A stretch of 64,000 nucleotides of DNA from Laetmonice hystrix. Taxonomy: Eukaryota. Below the pieces are notes generated by a model. It was not told the origin of the DNA and did not search any database. It worked only from the letters and a program-made list of their open reading frames with translations. Below, piece by piece: positions 33,401 to 48,400 of the stretch; the stretch's first letter is position 1, and each line of letters begins with the position of its first letter. The DNA lies in assembly GCA_965235115.1 (NCBI GenBank), contig OZ249436.1, forward strand, positions 47,184,001 through 47,248,000, in the 5' to 3' direction. A program made the position numbers and the translations under genes.

Positions 33401-36400
33401 CCCATCCCCAAGTAACAAACAAACAAAGGATGATTACCCAGAGATATTGCCGGCAGAAAACACCAGGGTGCAGCTGACGGCGCTGACTGCACTGCCGCCT
33501 TCCGGCCAGCGGTGGAATCACCACGTACACCTCGCCGGGCTGGCAGGCACCTGTGGCCCTGAGGCGAGAGACAGGTTAAAGCAACGATAAGCGAAACATT
33601 TCTACATTTGTGTACGTCAAATTGAATGTACGGCCCCCAAAATTATTATTCTTAGGCCAGATGTATAATTGTCAAGCGTATAGGTCTCGTACGTTCGCTA
33701 CAGATATATGGTTGTGATGTGTACACTTCCCATTTGAGTATCTTCTCCTGATTTTAACATTAGATGCTCCTCGCCTGTACCTTTCATTTTCACTACCTCA
33801 CTGTAGTGTTTGCATGGCTACTATAGGCCAGCTGGTAAGTTGTAGGGATTTCTCACTCTACTGGTTGGCCTCCCACACTGCTTGGCTCCATAGTGTACTC
33901 ACTGTACTCTTTGGCCTCACTGTAGTGTTCGTTTGGGTGCTAAGCCAGCCAGTATACCATGTAGCGATTCCTCCCCGTACTGTTTGGCCTCCCTGTACCG
34001 TTTGCTTGTATACAAGAGTAGCCAGTAGTATAGGGACGCCTCATGTTTCAGTTTCCATGCCTTTATTGTCCAGGAGGCAGGCCATCCGTTTCGTCTATCA
34101 TCTACTCCCATCTAATCTGTGTCCCCTACATACCATCTGTAAGCGTCCGACAACGTTGTCAGATCGTCCCAATGACTGTTTGCCGTCAAGGTTTAGTTAA
34201 CAATGGCAAATGACGTTGAACGCCTATTCTATATCAGATATCCCATCCCCACGTAACAAACAAACAAAGGATGATTACCCAGAGATATTGCCGGCAGAAA
34301 ACACCAGGGTGCAGCTGACGGCGCTGACTGCACTGCCGCCTTCCGGCCAGCGGTGGAATCACCACGTACACCTCGCCGGGCTGGCAGGCACCTGTGGCCC
34401 TGAGGCGAGAGACAGGTTAAAGCAACGATAAGCGAAACATTTCTACATTTGTGTACGTCAAATTGAATGTACGGCCCCCAAAATTATTATTCTTAGGCCA
34501 GATGTATAATTGTCAAGCGTATAGGTCTCGTACGTTCGCTACAGATATATGGTTGTGATGTGTACACTTCCCATTTGAGTATCTTCTCCTGATTTTAACA
34601 TTAGATGCTCCTCGCCTGTACCTTTCATTTTCACTACCTCACTGTAGTGTTTGCATGGCTACTATAGGCCAGCTGGTAAGTTGTAGGGATTTCTCACTCT
34701 ACTGGTTGGCCTCCCACACTGCTTGGCTCCATAGTGTACTCACTGTACTCTTTGGCCTCACTGTAGTGTTCGTTTGGGTGCTAAGCCAGCCAGTATACCA
34801 TGTAGCGATTCCTCCCCGTACTGTTTGGCCTCCCTGTACCGTTTGCTTGTATACAAGAGTAGCCAGTAGTATAGGGACGCCTCATGTTTCAGTTTCCATG
34901 CCTTTATTGTCCAGGAGGCAGGCCATCCGTTTCGTCTATCATCTACTCCCATCTAATCTGTGTCCCCTACATACCATCTGTAAGCGTCCGACAACGTTGT
35001 CAGGTCGTCCCAATGACTGTTTGCCGTCAAGGTTTAGTTAACAATATCAAATGACGTTGAACGCCTATTCTATATCAGATATCCCATCCCCAAGTAACAA
35101 ACAAACAAAGGATGATTACCCAGAGATATTGCCGGCAGAAAACACCAGGGTGCAGCTGACGGCGCTGACTGCACTGCCGCCTTCCGGCCAGCGGTGGAAT
35201 CACCACGTACACCTCGCCGGGCTGGCAGGCACCTGTGGCCCTGAAGCGAGAGACAGGTTAAAGCAACGATAAGCGAAACATTTCTACATTTTTGTACGTC
35301 AAATTGAATGTACGGCCCCCAAAATTATTATTCTTAGGCCAGATGTATAATTGTCAAGCGTATAGGTCTCGTACGTTCGCTACAGATATATGGTTGTGAT
35401 GTGTACACTTCCCATTTGAGTATCTTCTCCTGATTTTAACATTAGATCCTCCTCGCCTGTACCTTTCATTTTCACTACCTCACTGTAGTGTTTGCATGGC
35501 TACTATAGGCCAGCTGGTAAGTTGTAGGGACTTCTCACTCGACTGGTTGGCCTCCCACACTGCTTGGCTCCATAGTGTACTCACTGTACTCTTTGGCCTC
35601 ACTGTAGTGTTCGTTTGGGTGCTAAGCCAGCCAGTATACCATGTAGCGATTCCTCCCCGTACTGTTTGGCCTCCCTGTACCGTTTGCTTGTATACAAGAG
35701 TAGCCAGTAGTATAGGGACGCCTCATGTTTCAGTTTCCATGCCTTTATTGTCCAGGAGGCAGGCCATCCGTTTCGTCTATCATCTACTCCCATCTAATCT
35801 GTGTCCCCTACATACCATCTGTAAGCGTCCGACAACGTTGTCAGATCGTCCCAATGACTGTTTGCCGTCAAGGTTTAGTTAACAATGGCAAATGACGTTG
35901 AACGCCTATTCTATATCAGATATCCCATCCCCAAGTAACAAACAAACAAAGGATGATTACCCAGAGATATTGCCGGCAGAAAACACCAGGGTGCAGCTGA
36001 CGGCGCTGACTGCACTGCCGCCTTCCGGCCAGCGGTGGAATCACCACGTACACCTCGCCGGGCTGGCAGGCACCTGTGGCCCTGAAGCGAGAGACAGGTT
36101 AAAGCAATGATAAGCAAAAAAAGACTACATTTTTGATACGTCAAATTGAAAGTACGGCCCCCAAAATTATTATTCTTAGGCCAGATGTATAATTGTCAAG
36201 CGTATAGGTCTCGTACGTTCGCTACAGATATATGGTTGTGATGTGTACACTTCCCATTTGAGTATCTTCTCCTGAATTTAACATTAGATCCTCCTCGCCT
36301 GTACCCTTCATTTTCACTACCTCACTGTAGTGTTTGCATGGCTACTATAGGCCAGCTGGTAAGTTGTAGGGACTTCTCACTCTACTGGTTGGCCTCCCAC

Positions 36401-39400
36401 ACTGCTTGGCTCCATAGTGTACTCACTGTACTCTTTGGCCTCACCGTAGTGTTCGTTTGGGTGCTAAGCCAACCAGTATACCTTGTAGCAATTCCTCCCC
36501 GTACTGTTTGGCCTCCCTGTACCGTTTGCTTGTATACAAGAGTAGCCAGTAGTATAGGGACGCCTCATGTTTCAGTTTCCATGCCTTTATTGTCCAGGAG
36601 GCAGGCCATCCATTTCGTCTATCATCTACTCCCATCTAATCTGTGTCCCCTACATACCATCTGTAAGCGTCCGACAACGTTGTCAGGTCGTCCCAATGAC
36701 TGTTTGCCGTCAAGGTTTAGTTAACAATGGCAAATGACGTTGAACGCCTATTCTATATCAGATATCCCATCCCCAAGTAACAAACAAACAAAAGATGATT
36801 ACCCAGAGATATTGCCGGCAGAAAACACCAGGGTGCAGCTGACGGCGCTGACTGCACTGCCGCCTTCCGGCCAGCGGTGGAATCACCACGTACACCTGGC
36901 CGGGCTGGCAGGCACCTGTGGCCCTGAAGCGAGAGACAGGTTAAAGCAATGATTAGCAAAAAATGACTACATTTTTGATACGTCAAATTGAAAGTACGGC
37001 CCCCAAAATTATTATTCTTAGGCCAGATGTATAATTGTCAAGCGTATAGGTCTCGTACGTTCGCTACAGATATATGGTTGTGATGTGTACACTTCCCATT
37101 TGAGTATCTTCTCCTGATTTTAACATTAGATCCTCCTCGCCTGTACCTTTCATTTTCACTACCTCACTGTAGTGTTTGCATGGCTACTATAGGCCAGCTG
37201 ATAAGTTGTAGGGATTTCTCACTCTACTGGTTGGCCTCCCACACTGCTTGGCTCCATAGTGTACTCACTGTACTCTTTGGCCTCACTGTAGTGTTCGTTT
37301 GGATGCTAGGCCAGCCAGTATACCATGTAGCGATTCCTCCCCGTACTGTTTGGCAAGAGTAGCCAGTAGTATAGGGACGCCTCATGTTTCAGTTTCCATG
37401 CCTTTATTGTCCAGGAGGCAGGCCATCCGTTTCGTCTATCATCTACTCCCATCTAATCTGTGTCCCCTACATACCATCTGTAAGCGTCCGACAACGTTGT
37501 CAGGCCGTCCCAATGACTCTTTGCCGTCAAGGTTTAGTTAACAATGGCAAATGACGTTGAACGCCTATTCTATATCAGATATCCCATCCCCAAGTAACAA
37601 ACAAACAAAGGATGATTACCCAGAGATATTGCCGGCAGAAAACACCAGGGTGCAGCTGACGGCGCTGACTGCACTGCCGCCTTCCGGCCAGCGGTGGAAT
37701 CACCACGTACACCTCGCCGGGCTGGCAGGCACCTGTGGCCCTGAGGCGAGAGACAGGTTAAAGCAACGATAAGCGAAACATTTCTACATTTTTGTACGTC
37801 AAATTGAATGTACGGCCCCCAAAATTATTATTCTTAGGCCAGATGTATAATTGTCAAGCGTATAGGTCTCGTACGTTCGCTACAGATATATGGTTGTGAT
37901 GTGTACACTTCCCATTTGAGTATCTTCTCCTGATTTTAACATTAGATCCTCCTCGCCTGTACCTTTCATTTTCACTTCCTCACTGTAGTGTTTGCATGGC
38001 TACTATAGGCCAGCTGGTAAGTTGTAGGGACTTCTCACTCTACTGGTTGGCCTCCCACACTGCTTGGCTCCATAGTGTACTCACTGTACTCTTTGGCCTC
38101 ACTGTAGTGTTCGTTTGGGTGCTAAGCCAGCCAGTATACCATGTAGCGATTAATCCCCGTACTGTTTGGCCTCCCTGTACCGTTTGCTTGTATACAAGAG
38201 TAGCCAGTAGTATAGGGACGCCTCATGTTTCAGTTTCCATGCCTTTATTGTCCAGGAGGCAGGCCATCCGTTTCGTCTATCATCTACTCCCATCTAATCT
38301 GTGTCCCCTACATACCATCTGTAAGCGTCCGACAACGTTGTCAGATCGTCCCAATGACTGTTTGCCGTCAAGGTTTAGTTAACAATGGCAAATGACGTTG
38401 AACGCCTATTCTATATCAGATATCCCATCCCCAAGTAACAAACAAACAAAGGATGATTACCCAGAGATATTGCCGGCAGAAAACACCAGGGTGCAGCTGA
38501 CGGCGCTGACTGCACTGCCGCCTTCCGGCCAGCGGTGGAATCACCACGTACACCTCGCCGGGCTGGCAGGCACCTGTGGCCCTGAGGCGAGAGACAGGTT
38601 AAAGCAACGATAAGCGAAACATTTCTACATTTGTGTACGTCAAATTGAATGTACGGCCCCCAAAATTATTATTCTTAGGCCAGATGTATAATTGTCAAGC
38701 GTATAGGTCTCGTACGTTCGCTACAGATATATGGTTGTGATGTGTACACTTCCCATTTGAGTATCTTCTCCTGATTTTAACATTAGATCCTCCTCGCCTG
38801 TACCTTTCATTTTCACTACCTCACTGTAGTGTTTGCATGGCTACTATAGGCCAGCTGGTAAGTTGTAGGGATTTCTCACTCTACTGGTTGGCCTCCCACA
38901 CTGCTTGGCTCCATAGTGTACTCACTGTACTCTTTGGCCTCACTGTAGTGTTCGTTTGGGTGCTAAGCCAGCCAGTATACCATGTAGCGATTCCTCCCCG
39001 TACTGTTTGGCCTCCCTGTACCGTTTGCTTGTATACAAGAGTAGCCAGTAGTATAGGGACGCCTCATGTTTCAGTTTCCATGCCTTTATTGTCCAGGAGG
39101 CAGGCCATCCGTTTCGTCTATCATCTACTCCCATCTAATCTGTGTCCCCTACATACCATCTGTAAGCGTCCGACAACGTTGTCAGGCCGTCCCAATGACT
39201 GTTTGCCGTCAAGGTTTAGTTAACAATGGCAAATGACGTTGAACGCCTATTCTATATCAGATATCCCATCCCCAAGTAACAAACAAACAAAGGATGATTA
39301 CCCAGAGATATTGCCGGCAGAAAACACCAGGGTGCAGCTGACGGCGCTGACTGCACTGCCGCCTTCCGGCCAGCGGTGGAATCACCACGTAAACCTCGCC

Positions 39401-42400
39401 GGGCTGGCAGGCACCTGTGGCCCTGAGGCGAGAGACAGGTTAAAGCAACGATAAGCGAAACATTTCTACATTTTTGTAAGTCAAATTGAATGTACGGCCC
39501 CCAAAATTATTATTCTTAGGCCAGATGTATAATTGTCAAGCGTATAGGTCTCGTACGTTCGCTACAGATATATGGTTGTGATGTGTACACTTCCCATTTG
39601 AGTATCTTCTCCTGATTTTAACATTAGATGCTCCTCGCCTGTACCTTTCATTTTCACTACCTCACTGTAGTGTTTGCATGGCTACTATAGGCCAGCTGGT
39701 AAGTTGTAGGGACTTCTCACTCGACTGGTTGGCCTCCCACACTGCTTGGCTCCATAGTGTACTCACTGTACTCTTTGGCCTCACTGTAGTGTTCGTTTGG
39801 GTGCTAAGCCAGCCAGTATACCATGTAGCGATTCCTCCCCGTACTGTTTGGCCTCCCTGTACCGTTTGCTTGTATACAAGAGTAGCCAGTAGTATAGGGA
39901 CGCCTCATGTTTCAGTTTCCATGCCTTTATTGTCCAGGAGGCAGGCCATCCGTTTCGTCTATCATCTACTCCCATCTAATCTGTGTCCCCTACATACCAT
40001 CTGTAAGCGTCCGACAACGTTGTCAGGTCGTCCCAATGACTGTTTGCCGTCAAGGTTTAGTTAACAATGGCAAATGACGTTGAACGCCTATTCTATATCA
40101 GATATCCTATCCCCAAGTAACAAACAAACAAAGGATGATTACCCAGAGATATTGCCGGCAGAAAACACCAGGGTGCAGCTGACGGCGCTGACTGCACTGC
40201 CGCCTTCCGGCCAGCGGTGGAATCACCACGTACACCTGGCCGGGCTGGCAGGCACCTGTGGCCCTGAAGCGAGAGACAGGTTAAAGCAATGATAAGCAAA
40301 AAATGGCTACATTTTTGATACGTCAAATTGAAAGTACGGCCCCCAAAATTATTATTCTTAGGCCAGATGTATAATTGTCAAGCGTATAGGTCTCGTACGT
40401 TCGCTACAGATATATGGTTGTGATGTGTACACTTCCCATTTGAGTATCTTCTCCTGATTTTAACATTAGATGCTCCTCGCCTGTACCTTTCATTTTCACT
40501 ACCTCACTGTAGTGTTTGCATGGCTACTATAGGCCAGCTGGTAAGTTGTAGGGACTTCTCACTCTACTGGTTGGCCTCCCACACTGCTTGGCCCCATAGT
40601 GTACTGTTTGGCCTCACTGTACTGTTTGGCCTCACTGTAGTGTTCGTTTGGGTGCTAGGCCAGCCAGTATACCTTGCAGCGATTCCTCCCCGTACTGTTT
40701 GGCAAGAGTAGCCAGTAGTATAGGGACGCCTCATGTTTCAGTTTCCATGCCTTTATTGTCCAGGAGGCAGGCCATCCGTTTCGTCTATCATCTACTCCCA
40801 TCTAATCTGTGTCCCCTACATACCATCTGTAAGCGTCCGACAACGTTGTCAGGCCGTCCCAATGACTGTTTGCCGTCAAGGTTTAGTTAACAATGGCAAA
40901 TGACGTTGAACGCCTATTCTATATCAGATATCCCATCCCCAAGTAACAAACAAACAATGGATGATTACCCAGAGATATTGCCGGCAGAAAACACCAGGGT
41001 GCAGCTGACGGCGCTGACTGCACTGCCGCCTTCCGGCCAGCGGTGGAATCACCACGTACACCTCGCCGGGCTGGCAGGCACCTGTGGCCCTGAGGCGAGA
41101 GACAGGTTAAAGCAACGATAAGCGAAACATTTCTACATTTTTGTACGTCAAATTGAATGTACGGCCCCCAAAATTATTATTCTTAGGCCAGATGTATAAT
41201 TGTCAAGCGTATAGGTCTCGTACGTTCGCTACAGATATATGGTTGTGATGTGTACACTTCCCATTTGAGTATCTTCTCCTGATTTTAACATTAGATCCTC
41301 CTCGCCTGTACCTTTCATTTTCACTACCTCACTGTAGTGTTTGCATGGCTACTATAGGCCAGCTGGTAAGTTGTAGGGACTTCTCACTCTACTGGTTGGC
41401 CTCCCACACTGCTTGGCTCCATAGTGTACTCACTGTACTCTTTGGCCTCACTGTAGTGTTCGTTTGGGTGCTAAGCCAGCCAGTGTACCTTGTAGCGATT
41501 CCTCCCCGTACTGTTTGGCCTCCCTGTACCGTTTGCTTGTATACAAGAGTAGCCAGTAGTATAGGGACGCCTCATGTTTCAGTTTCCATGCCTTTATTGT
41601 CCAGGAGGCAGGCCATCCATTTCGTCTATCATCTACTCCCATCTAATCTGTGTCCCCTACATACCATCTGTAAGCGTCCGACAACGTTGTCAGGTCGTCC
41701 CAATGACTGTTTGCCGTCAAGGTTTAGTTAACAATGGCAAATGACGTTGAACGCCTATTCTATATCAGATATCCCATCCCCAAGTAACAAACAAACAAAA
41801 GATGATTACCCAGAGATATTGCCGGCAGAAAACACCAGGGTGCAGCTGACGGCGCTGACTGCACTGCCGCCTTCCGGCCAGCGGTGGAATCACCACGTAC
41901 ACCTGGCCGGGCTGGCAGGCACCTGTGGCCCTGAAGCGAGAGACAGGTTAAAGCAATGATAAGCAAAAAATGGCTACATTTTTGATACGTCAAATTGAAA
42001 GTACGGCCCCCAAAATTATTATTCTTAGGCCAGATGTATAATTGTCAAGCGTATAGGTCTCGTACGTTCGCTACAGATATATGGTTGTGATGTGTACACT
42101 TCCCATTTGAGTATCTTCTCCTGATTTTAACATTAGATGCTCCTCGCCTGTACCTTTCATTTTCACTACCTCACTGTAGTGTTTGCATGGCTACTATAGG
42201 CCAGCTGGTAAGTTGTAGGGACTTCTCACTCTACTGGTTGGCCTCCCACACTGCTTGGCCCCATAGTGTACTGTTTGGCCTCACTGTACTGTTTGGCCTC
42301 ACTGTAGTGTTCGTTTGGGTGCTAGGCCAGCCAGTATACCTTGTAGCGATTCCTCCCCGTACTGTTTGGCAAGAGTAGCCAGTAGTATAGGGACGCCTCA

Positions 42401-45400
42401 TGTTTCAGTTTCCATGCCTTTATTGTCTAGGAGGCAGGCCATCCGTTTCGTCTATCATCTACTCCCATCTAATCTGTGTCCCCTACATACCATCTGTAAG
42501 CGTCCGACAACGTTGTCAGGCCGTCCCAATGACTGTTTGCCGTCAAGGTTTAGTTAACAATGGCAAATGACGTTGAACGCCTATTCTATATCAGATATCC
42601 CATCCCCAAGTAACAAACAAACAAAGGATGATTACCCAGAGATATTGCCGGCAGAAAACACCAGGGTGCAGCTGACGGCGCTGACTGCACTGCCGCCTTC
42701 CGGCCAGCGGTGGAATCACCACGTACACCTCGCCGGGCTGGCAGGCACCTGTGGCCCTGAGGCGAGAGACAGGTTAAAGCAACGATAAGCGAAACATTTC
42801 TACATTTTTGTACGTCAAATTGAATGTACGGCCCCCAAAATTATTATTCTTAGGCCAGATGTATAATTGTCAAGCGTATAGGTCTCGTACGTTCGCTACA
42901 GATATATGGTTGTGATGTGTACACTTCCCATTTGAGTATCTTCTCCTGATTTTAACATTAGATCCTCCTCGCCTGTACCTTTCATTTTCACTACCTCACT
43001 GTAGTGTTTGCATGGCTACTATAGGCCAGCTGGTAAGTTGTAGGGATTTCTCACTCTACTGGTTGGCCTCCCACACTGCTTGGCTCCATAGTGTACTCAC
43101 TGTACTCTTTGGCCTCACTGTAGTGTTCGTTTGGGTGCTAAGCCAGCCAGTATACCATGTAGCGATTCCTCCCCGTACTGTTTGGCCTCCCTGTACCGTT
43201 TGCTTATATACAAGAGTAGCCAGTAGTATAGGGACGCCTCATGTTTCAGTTTCCATGCCTTTATTGTCCAGGAGGCAGGCCATCCGTTTCGTCTATCATC
43301 TACTCCCATCTAATCTGTGTCCCCTACATACCATCTGTAAGCGTCCGACAACGTTGTCAGATCGTCCCAATGACTGTTTGCCGTCAAGGTTTAGTTAACA
43401 ATGGCAAATGACGTTGAACGCCTATTCTATATCAGATATCCCATCCCCAAGTAACAAACAAACAAAGGATGATTACCCAGAGATATTGCCGGCAGAAAAC
43501 ACCAGGGTGCAGCTGACGGCGCTGACTGCACTGCCGCCTTCCGGCCAGCGGTGGAATCACCACGTACACCTCGCCGGGCTGGCAGGCACCTGTGGCCCTG
43601 AGGCGAGAGACAGGTTAAAGCAACGATAAGCGAAACATTTCTACATTTTTGTACGTCAAATTGAATGTACGGCCCCCAAAATTATTATTCTTAGGCCAGA
43701 TGTATAATTGTCAAGCGTATAGGTCTCGTACGTTCGCTACAGATATATGGTTGTGATGTGTACACTTCCCATTTGAGTATCTTCTCCTGATTTTAACATT
43801 AGATCCTCCTCGCCTGTACCTTTCATTTTCACTACCTCACTGTAGTGTTTGCATGGCTACTATAGGCCAGCTGATAAGTTGTAGGGATTTCTCACTCTAC
43901 TGGTTGGCCTCCCACACTGCTTGGCTCCATAGTGTACTCACTGTACTCTTTGGCCTCACTGTAGTGTTCGTTTGGATGCTAGGCCAGCCAGTATACCTTG
44001 TAGCGATTCCTCCCCGTACTGTTTGGCAAGAGTAGCCAGTAGTATAGGGACGCCTCATGTTTCAGTTTCCATGCCTTTATTGTCCAGGAGGCAGGCCATC
44101 CGTTTCGTCTATCATCTACTCCCATCTAATCTGTGTCCCCTACATACCATCTGTAAGCGTCCGACAACGTTGTCAGGCCGTCCCAATGACTCTTTGCCGT
44201 CAAGGTTTAGTTAACAATGGCAAATGACGTTGAACGCCTATTCTATATCAGATATCCCATCCCCAAGTAACAAACAAACAAAGGATGATTACCCAGAGAT
44301 ATTGCCGGCAGAAAACACCAGGGTGCAGCTGACGGCGCTGACTGCACTGCCGCCTTCCGGCCAGCGGTGGAATCACCACGTACACCTCGCCGGGCTGGCA
44401 GGCACCTGTGGCCCTGAGGCGAGAGACAGGTTAAAGCAACGATAAGCGAAACATTTCTACATTTTTGTACGTCAAATTGAATGTACGGCCCCCAAAATTA
44501 TTATTCTTAGGCCAGATGTATAATTGTCAAGCGTATAGGTCTCGTACGTTCGCTACAGATATATGGTTGTGATGTGTACACTTCCCATTTGAGTATCTTC
44601 TCCTGATTTTAACATTAGATCCTCCTCGCCTGTACCTTTCATTTTCACTTCCTCACTGTAGTGTTTGCATGGCTACTATAGGCCAGCTGGTAAGTTGTAG
44701 GGACTTCTCACTCTACTGGTTGGCCTCCCACACTGCTTGGCTCCATAGTGTACTCACTGTACTCTTTGGCCTCACTGTAGTGTTCGTTTGGGTGCTAAGC
44801 CAGCCAGTATACCATGTAGCGATTCCTCCCCGTACTGTTTGGCCTCCCTGTACCGTTTGCTTGTATACAAGAGTAGCCAGTAGTATAGGGACGCCTCATG
44901 TTTCAGTTTCCATGCCTTTATTGTCCAGGAGGCAGGCCATCCGTTTCGTCTATCATCTACTCCCATCTAATCTGTGTCCCCTACATACCATCTGTAAGCG
45001 TCCGACAACGTTGTCAGATCGTCCCAATGACTGTTTGCCGTCAAGGTTTAGTTAACAATGGCAAATGACGTTGAACGCCTATTCTATATCAGATATCCCA
45101 TCCCCACGTAACAAACAAACAAAGGATGATTACCCAGAGATATTGCCGGCAGAAAACACCAGGGTGCAGCTGACGGCGCTGACTGCACTGCCGCCTTCCG
45201 GCCAGCGGTGGAATCACCACGTACACCTCGCCGGGCTGGCAGGCACCTGTGGCCCTGAGGCGAGAGACAGGTTAAAGCAACGATAAGCGAAACATTTCTA
45301 CATTTTTGTACGTCAAATTGAATGTACGGCCCCCAAAATTATTATTCTTAGGCCAGATGTATAATTGTCAAGCGTATAGGTCTCGTACGTTCGCTACAGA

Positions 45401-48400
45401 TATATGGTTGTGATGTGTACACTTCCCATTTGAGTATCTTCTCCTGATTTTAACATTAGATCCTCCTCGCCTGTACCTTTCATTTTCACTACCTCACTGT
45501 AGTGTTTGCATGGCTACTATAGGCCAGCTGGTAAGTTGTAGGGATTTCTCACTCTACTGGTTGGCCTCCCACACTGCTTGGCTCCATAGTGTACTCACTG
45601 TACTCTTTGGCCTCACTGTAGTGTTCGTTTGGGTGCTAAGCCAGCCAGTATACCATGTAGCGATTCCTCCCCGTACTGTTTGGCCTCCCTGTACCGTTTG
45701 CTTGTATACAAGAGTAGCCAGTAGTATAGGGACGCCTCATGTTTCAGTTTCCATGCCTTTATTGTCCAGGAAGCAGGCCATCCGTTTCGTCTATCATCTA
45801 CTCCCATCTAATCTGTGTCCCCTACATACCATCTGTAAGCGTCCGACAACGTTGTCAGGCCGTCCCAATGACTGTTTGCCGTCAAGGTTTAGTTAACAAT
45901 GGCAAATGACGTTGAACGCCTATTCTATATCAGATATCCCATCCCCAAGTAACAAACAAACAAAGGATGATTACCCAGAGATATTGCCGGCAGAAAACAC
46001 CAGGGTGCAGCTGACGGCGCTGACTGCACTGCCGCCTTCCGGCCAGCGGTGGAATCACCACGTAAACCTCGCCGGGCTGGCAGGCACCTGTGGCCCTGAG
46101 GCGAGAGACAGGTTAAAGCAACGATAAGCGAAACATTTCTACATTTTTGTAAGTCAAATTGAATGTACGGCCCCCAAAATTATTATTCTTAGGCCAGATG
46201 TATAATTGTCAAGCGTATAGGTCTCGTACGTTCGCTACAGATATATGGTTGTGATGTGTACACTTCCCATTTGAGTATCTTCTCCTGATTTTAACATTAG
46301 ATGCTCCTCGCCTGTACCTTTCATTTTCACTACCTCACTGTAGTGTTTGCATGGCTACTATAGGCCAGCTGGTAAGTTGTAGGGACTTCTCACTCGACTG
46401 GTTGGCCTCCCACACTGCTTGGCTCCATAGTGTACTCACTGTACTCTTTGGCCTCACTGTAGTGTTCGTTTGGGTGCTAAGCCAGCCAGTATACCATGTA
46501 GCGATTCCTCCCCGTACTGTTTGGCCTCCCTGTACCGTTTGCTTGTATACAAGAGTAGCCAGTAGTATAGGGACGCCTCATGTTTCAGTTTCCATGCCTT
46601 TATTGTCCAGGAGGCAGGCCATCCGTTTCGTCTATCATCTACTCCCATCTAATCTGTGTCCCCTACATACCATCTGTAAGCGTCCGACAACGTTGTCAGG
46701 CCGTCCCAATGACTCTTTGCCGTCAAGGTTTAGTTAACAATGGCAAATGACGTTGAACGCCTATTCTATATCAGATATCCCATCCCCAAGTAACAAACAA
46801 ACAAAGGATGATTACCCAGAGATATTGCCGGCAGAAAACACCAGGGTGCAGCTGACGGCGCTGACTGCACTGCCGCCTTCCGGCCAGCGGTGGAATCACC
46901 ACGTACACCTCGCCGGGCTGGCAGGCACCTGTGGCCCTGAGGCGAGAGACAGGTTAAAGCAACGATAAGCGAAACATTTCTACATTTTTGTACGTCAAAT
47001 TGAATGTACGGCCCCCAAAATTATTATTCTTAGGCCAGATGTATAATTGTCAAGCGTATAGGTCTCGTACGTTCGCTACAGATATATGGTTGTGATGTGT
47101 ACACTTCCCATTTGAGTATCTTCTCCTGATTTTAACATTAGATCCTCCTCGCCTGTACCTTTCATTTTCACTTCCTCACTGTAGTGTTTGCATGGCTACT
47201 ATAGGCCAGCTGGTAAGTTGTAGGGACTTCTCACTCTACTGGTTGGCCTCCCACACTGCTTGGCTCCATAGTGTACTCACTGTACTCTTTGGCCTCACTG
47301 TAGTGTTCGTTTGGGTGCTAAGCCAGCCAGTATACCATGTAGCGATTAATCCCCGTACTGTTTGGCCTCCCTGTACCGTTTGCTTGTATACAAGAGTAGC
47401 CAGTAGTATAGGGACGCCTCATGTTTCAGTTTCCATGCCTTTATTGTCCAGGAGGCAGGCCATCCGTTTCGTCTATCATCTACTCCCATCTAATCTGTGT
47501 CCCCTACATACCATCTGTAAGCGTCCGACAACGTTGTCAGATCGTCCCAATGACTGTTTGCCGTCAAGGTTTAGTTAACAATGGCAAATGACGTTGAACG
47601 CCTATTCTATATCAGATATCCCATCCCCACGTAACAAACAAACAAAGGATGATTACCCAGAGATATTGCCGGCAGAAAACACCAGGGTGCAGCTGACGGC
47701 GCTGACTGCACTGCCGCCTTCCGGCCAGCGGTGGAATCACCACGTACACCTCGCCGGGCTGGCAGGCACCTGTGGCCCTGAGGCAATAGAGACAGGTTAA
47801 AGCAACGATAAGCGAAACATTTCTACATTTTTGTACGTCAAATTGAATGTACGGCCCCCAAAATTATTATTCTTAGGCCAGATGTATAATTGTCAAGCGT
47901 ATAGGTCTCGTACGTTCGCTACAGATATATGGTTGTGATGTGTACACTTCCCATTTCAGTATCTTCTCCTGATTTTAACATTAGATCCTCCTCGCCTGTA
48001 CCTTTCATTTTCACTACCTCACTGTAGTGTTTGCATGGCTACTATAGGCCAGCTGGTAAGTTGTAGGGATTTCTCACTCTACTGGTTGGCCTCCCACACT
48101 GCTTGGCTCCATAGTGTACTCACTGTACTCTTTGGCCTCACTGTAGTGTTCGTTTGGGTGCTAAGCCAGCCAGTATACCATGTAGCGATTCCTCCCCGTA
48201 CTGTTTGGCCTCCCTGTACCGTTTGCTTGTATACAAGAGTAGCCAGTAGTATAGGGACGCCTCATGTTTCAGTTTCCATGCCTTTATTGTCCAGGAGGCA
48301 GGCCATCCGTTTCGTCTATCATCTACTCCCATCTAATCTGTGTCCCCTACATACCATCTGTAAGCGTCCGACAACGTTGTCAGGCCGTCCCAATGACTGT

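Larger units (their letters stand above)
18650..34654. repeat. Domain dominated by a 3-mer higher-order repeat (825+841+842 = 2508 bp), interrupted
   Basis: 825-class monomers recur at 18650/21158, 22126/24634 and 30481/32989, each pair 2508 bp apart. They share the markers TTGTCTAGG, CCTCACCTG and AACAATATCAA. Other monomer types interrupt at about 26300-29640. Confidence 0.82.
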
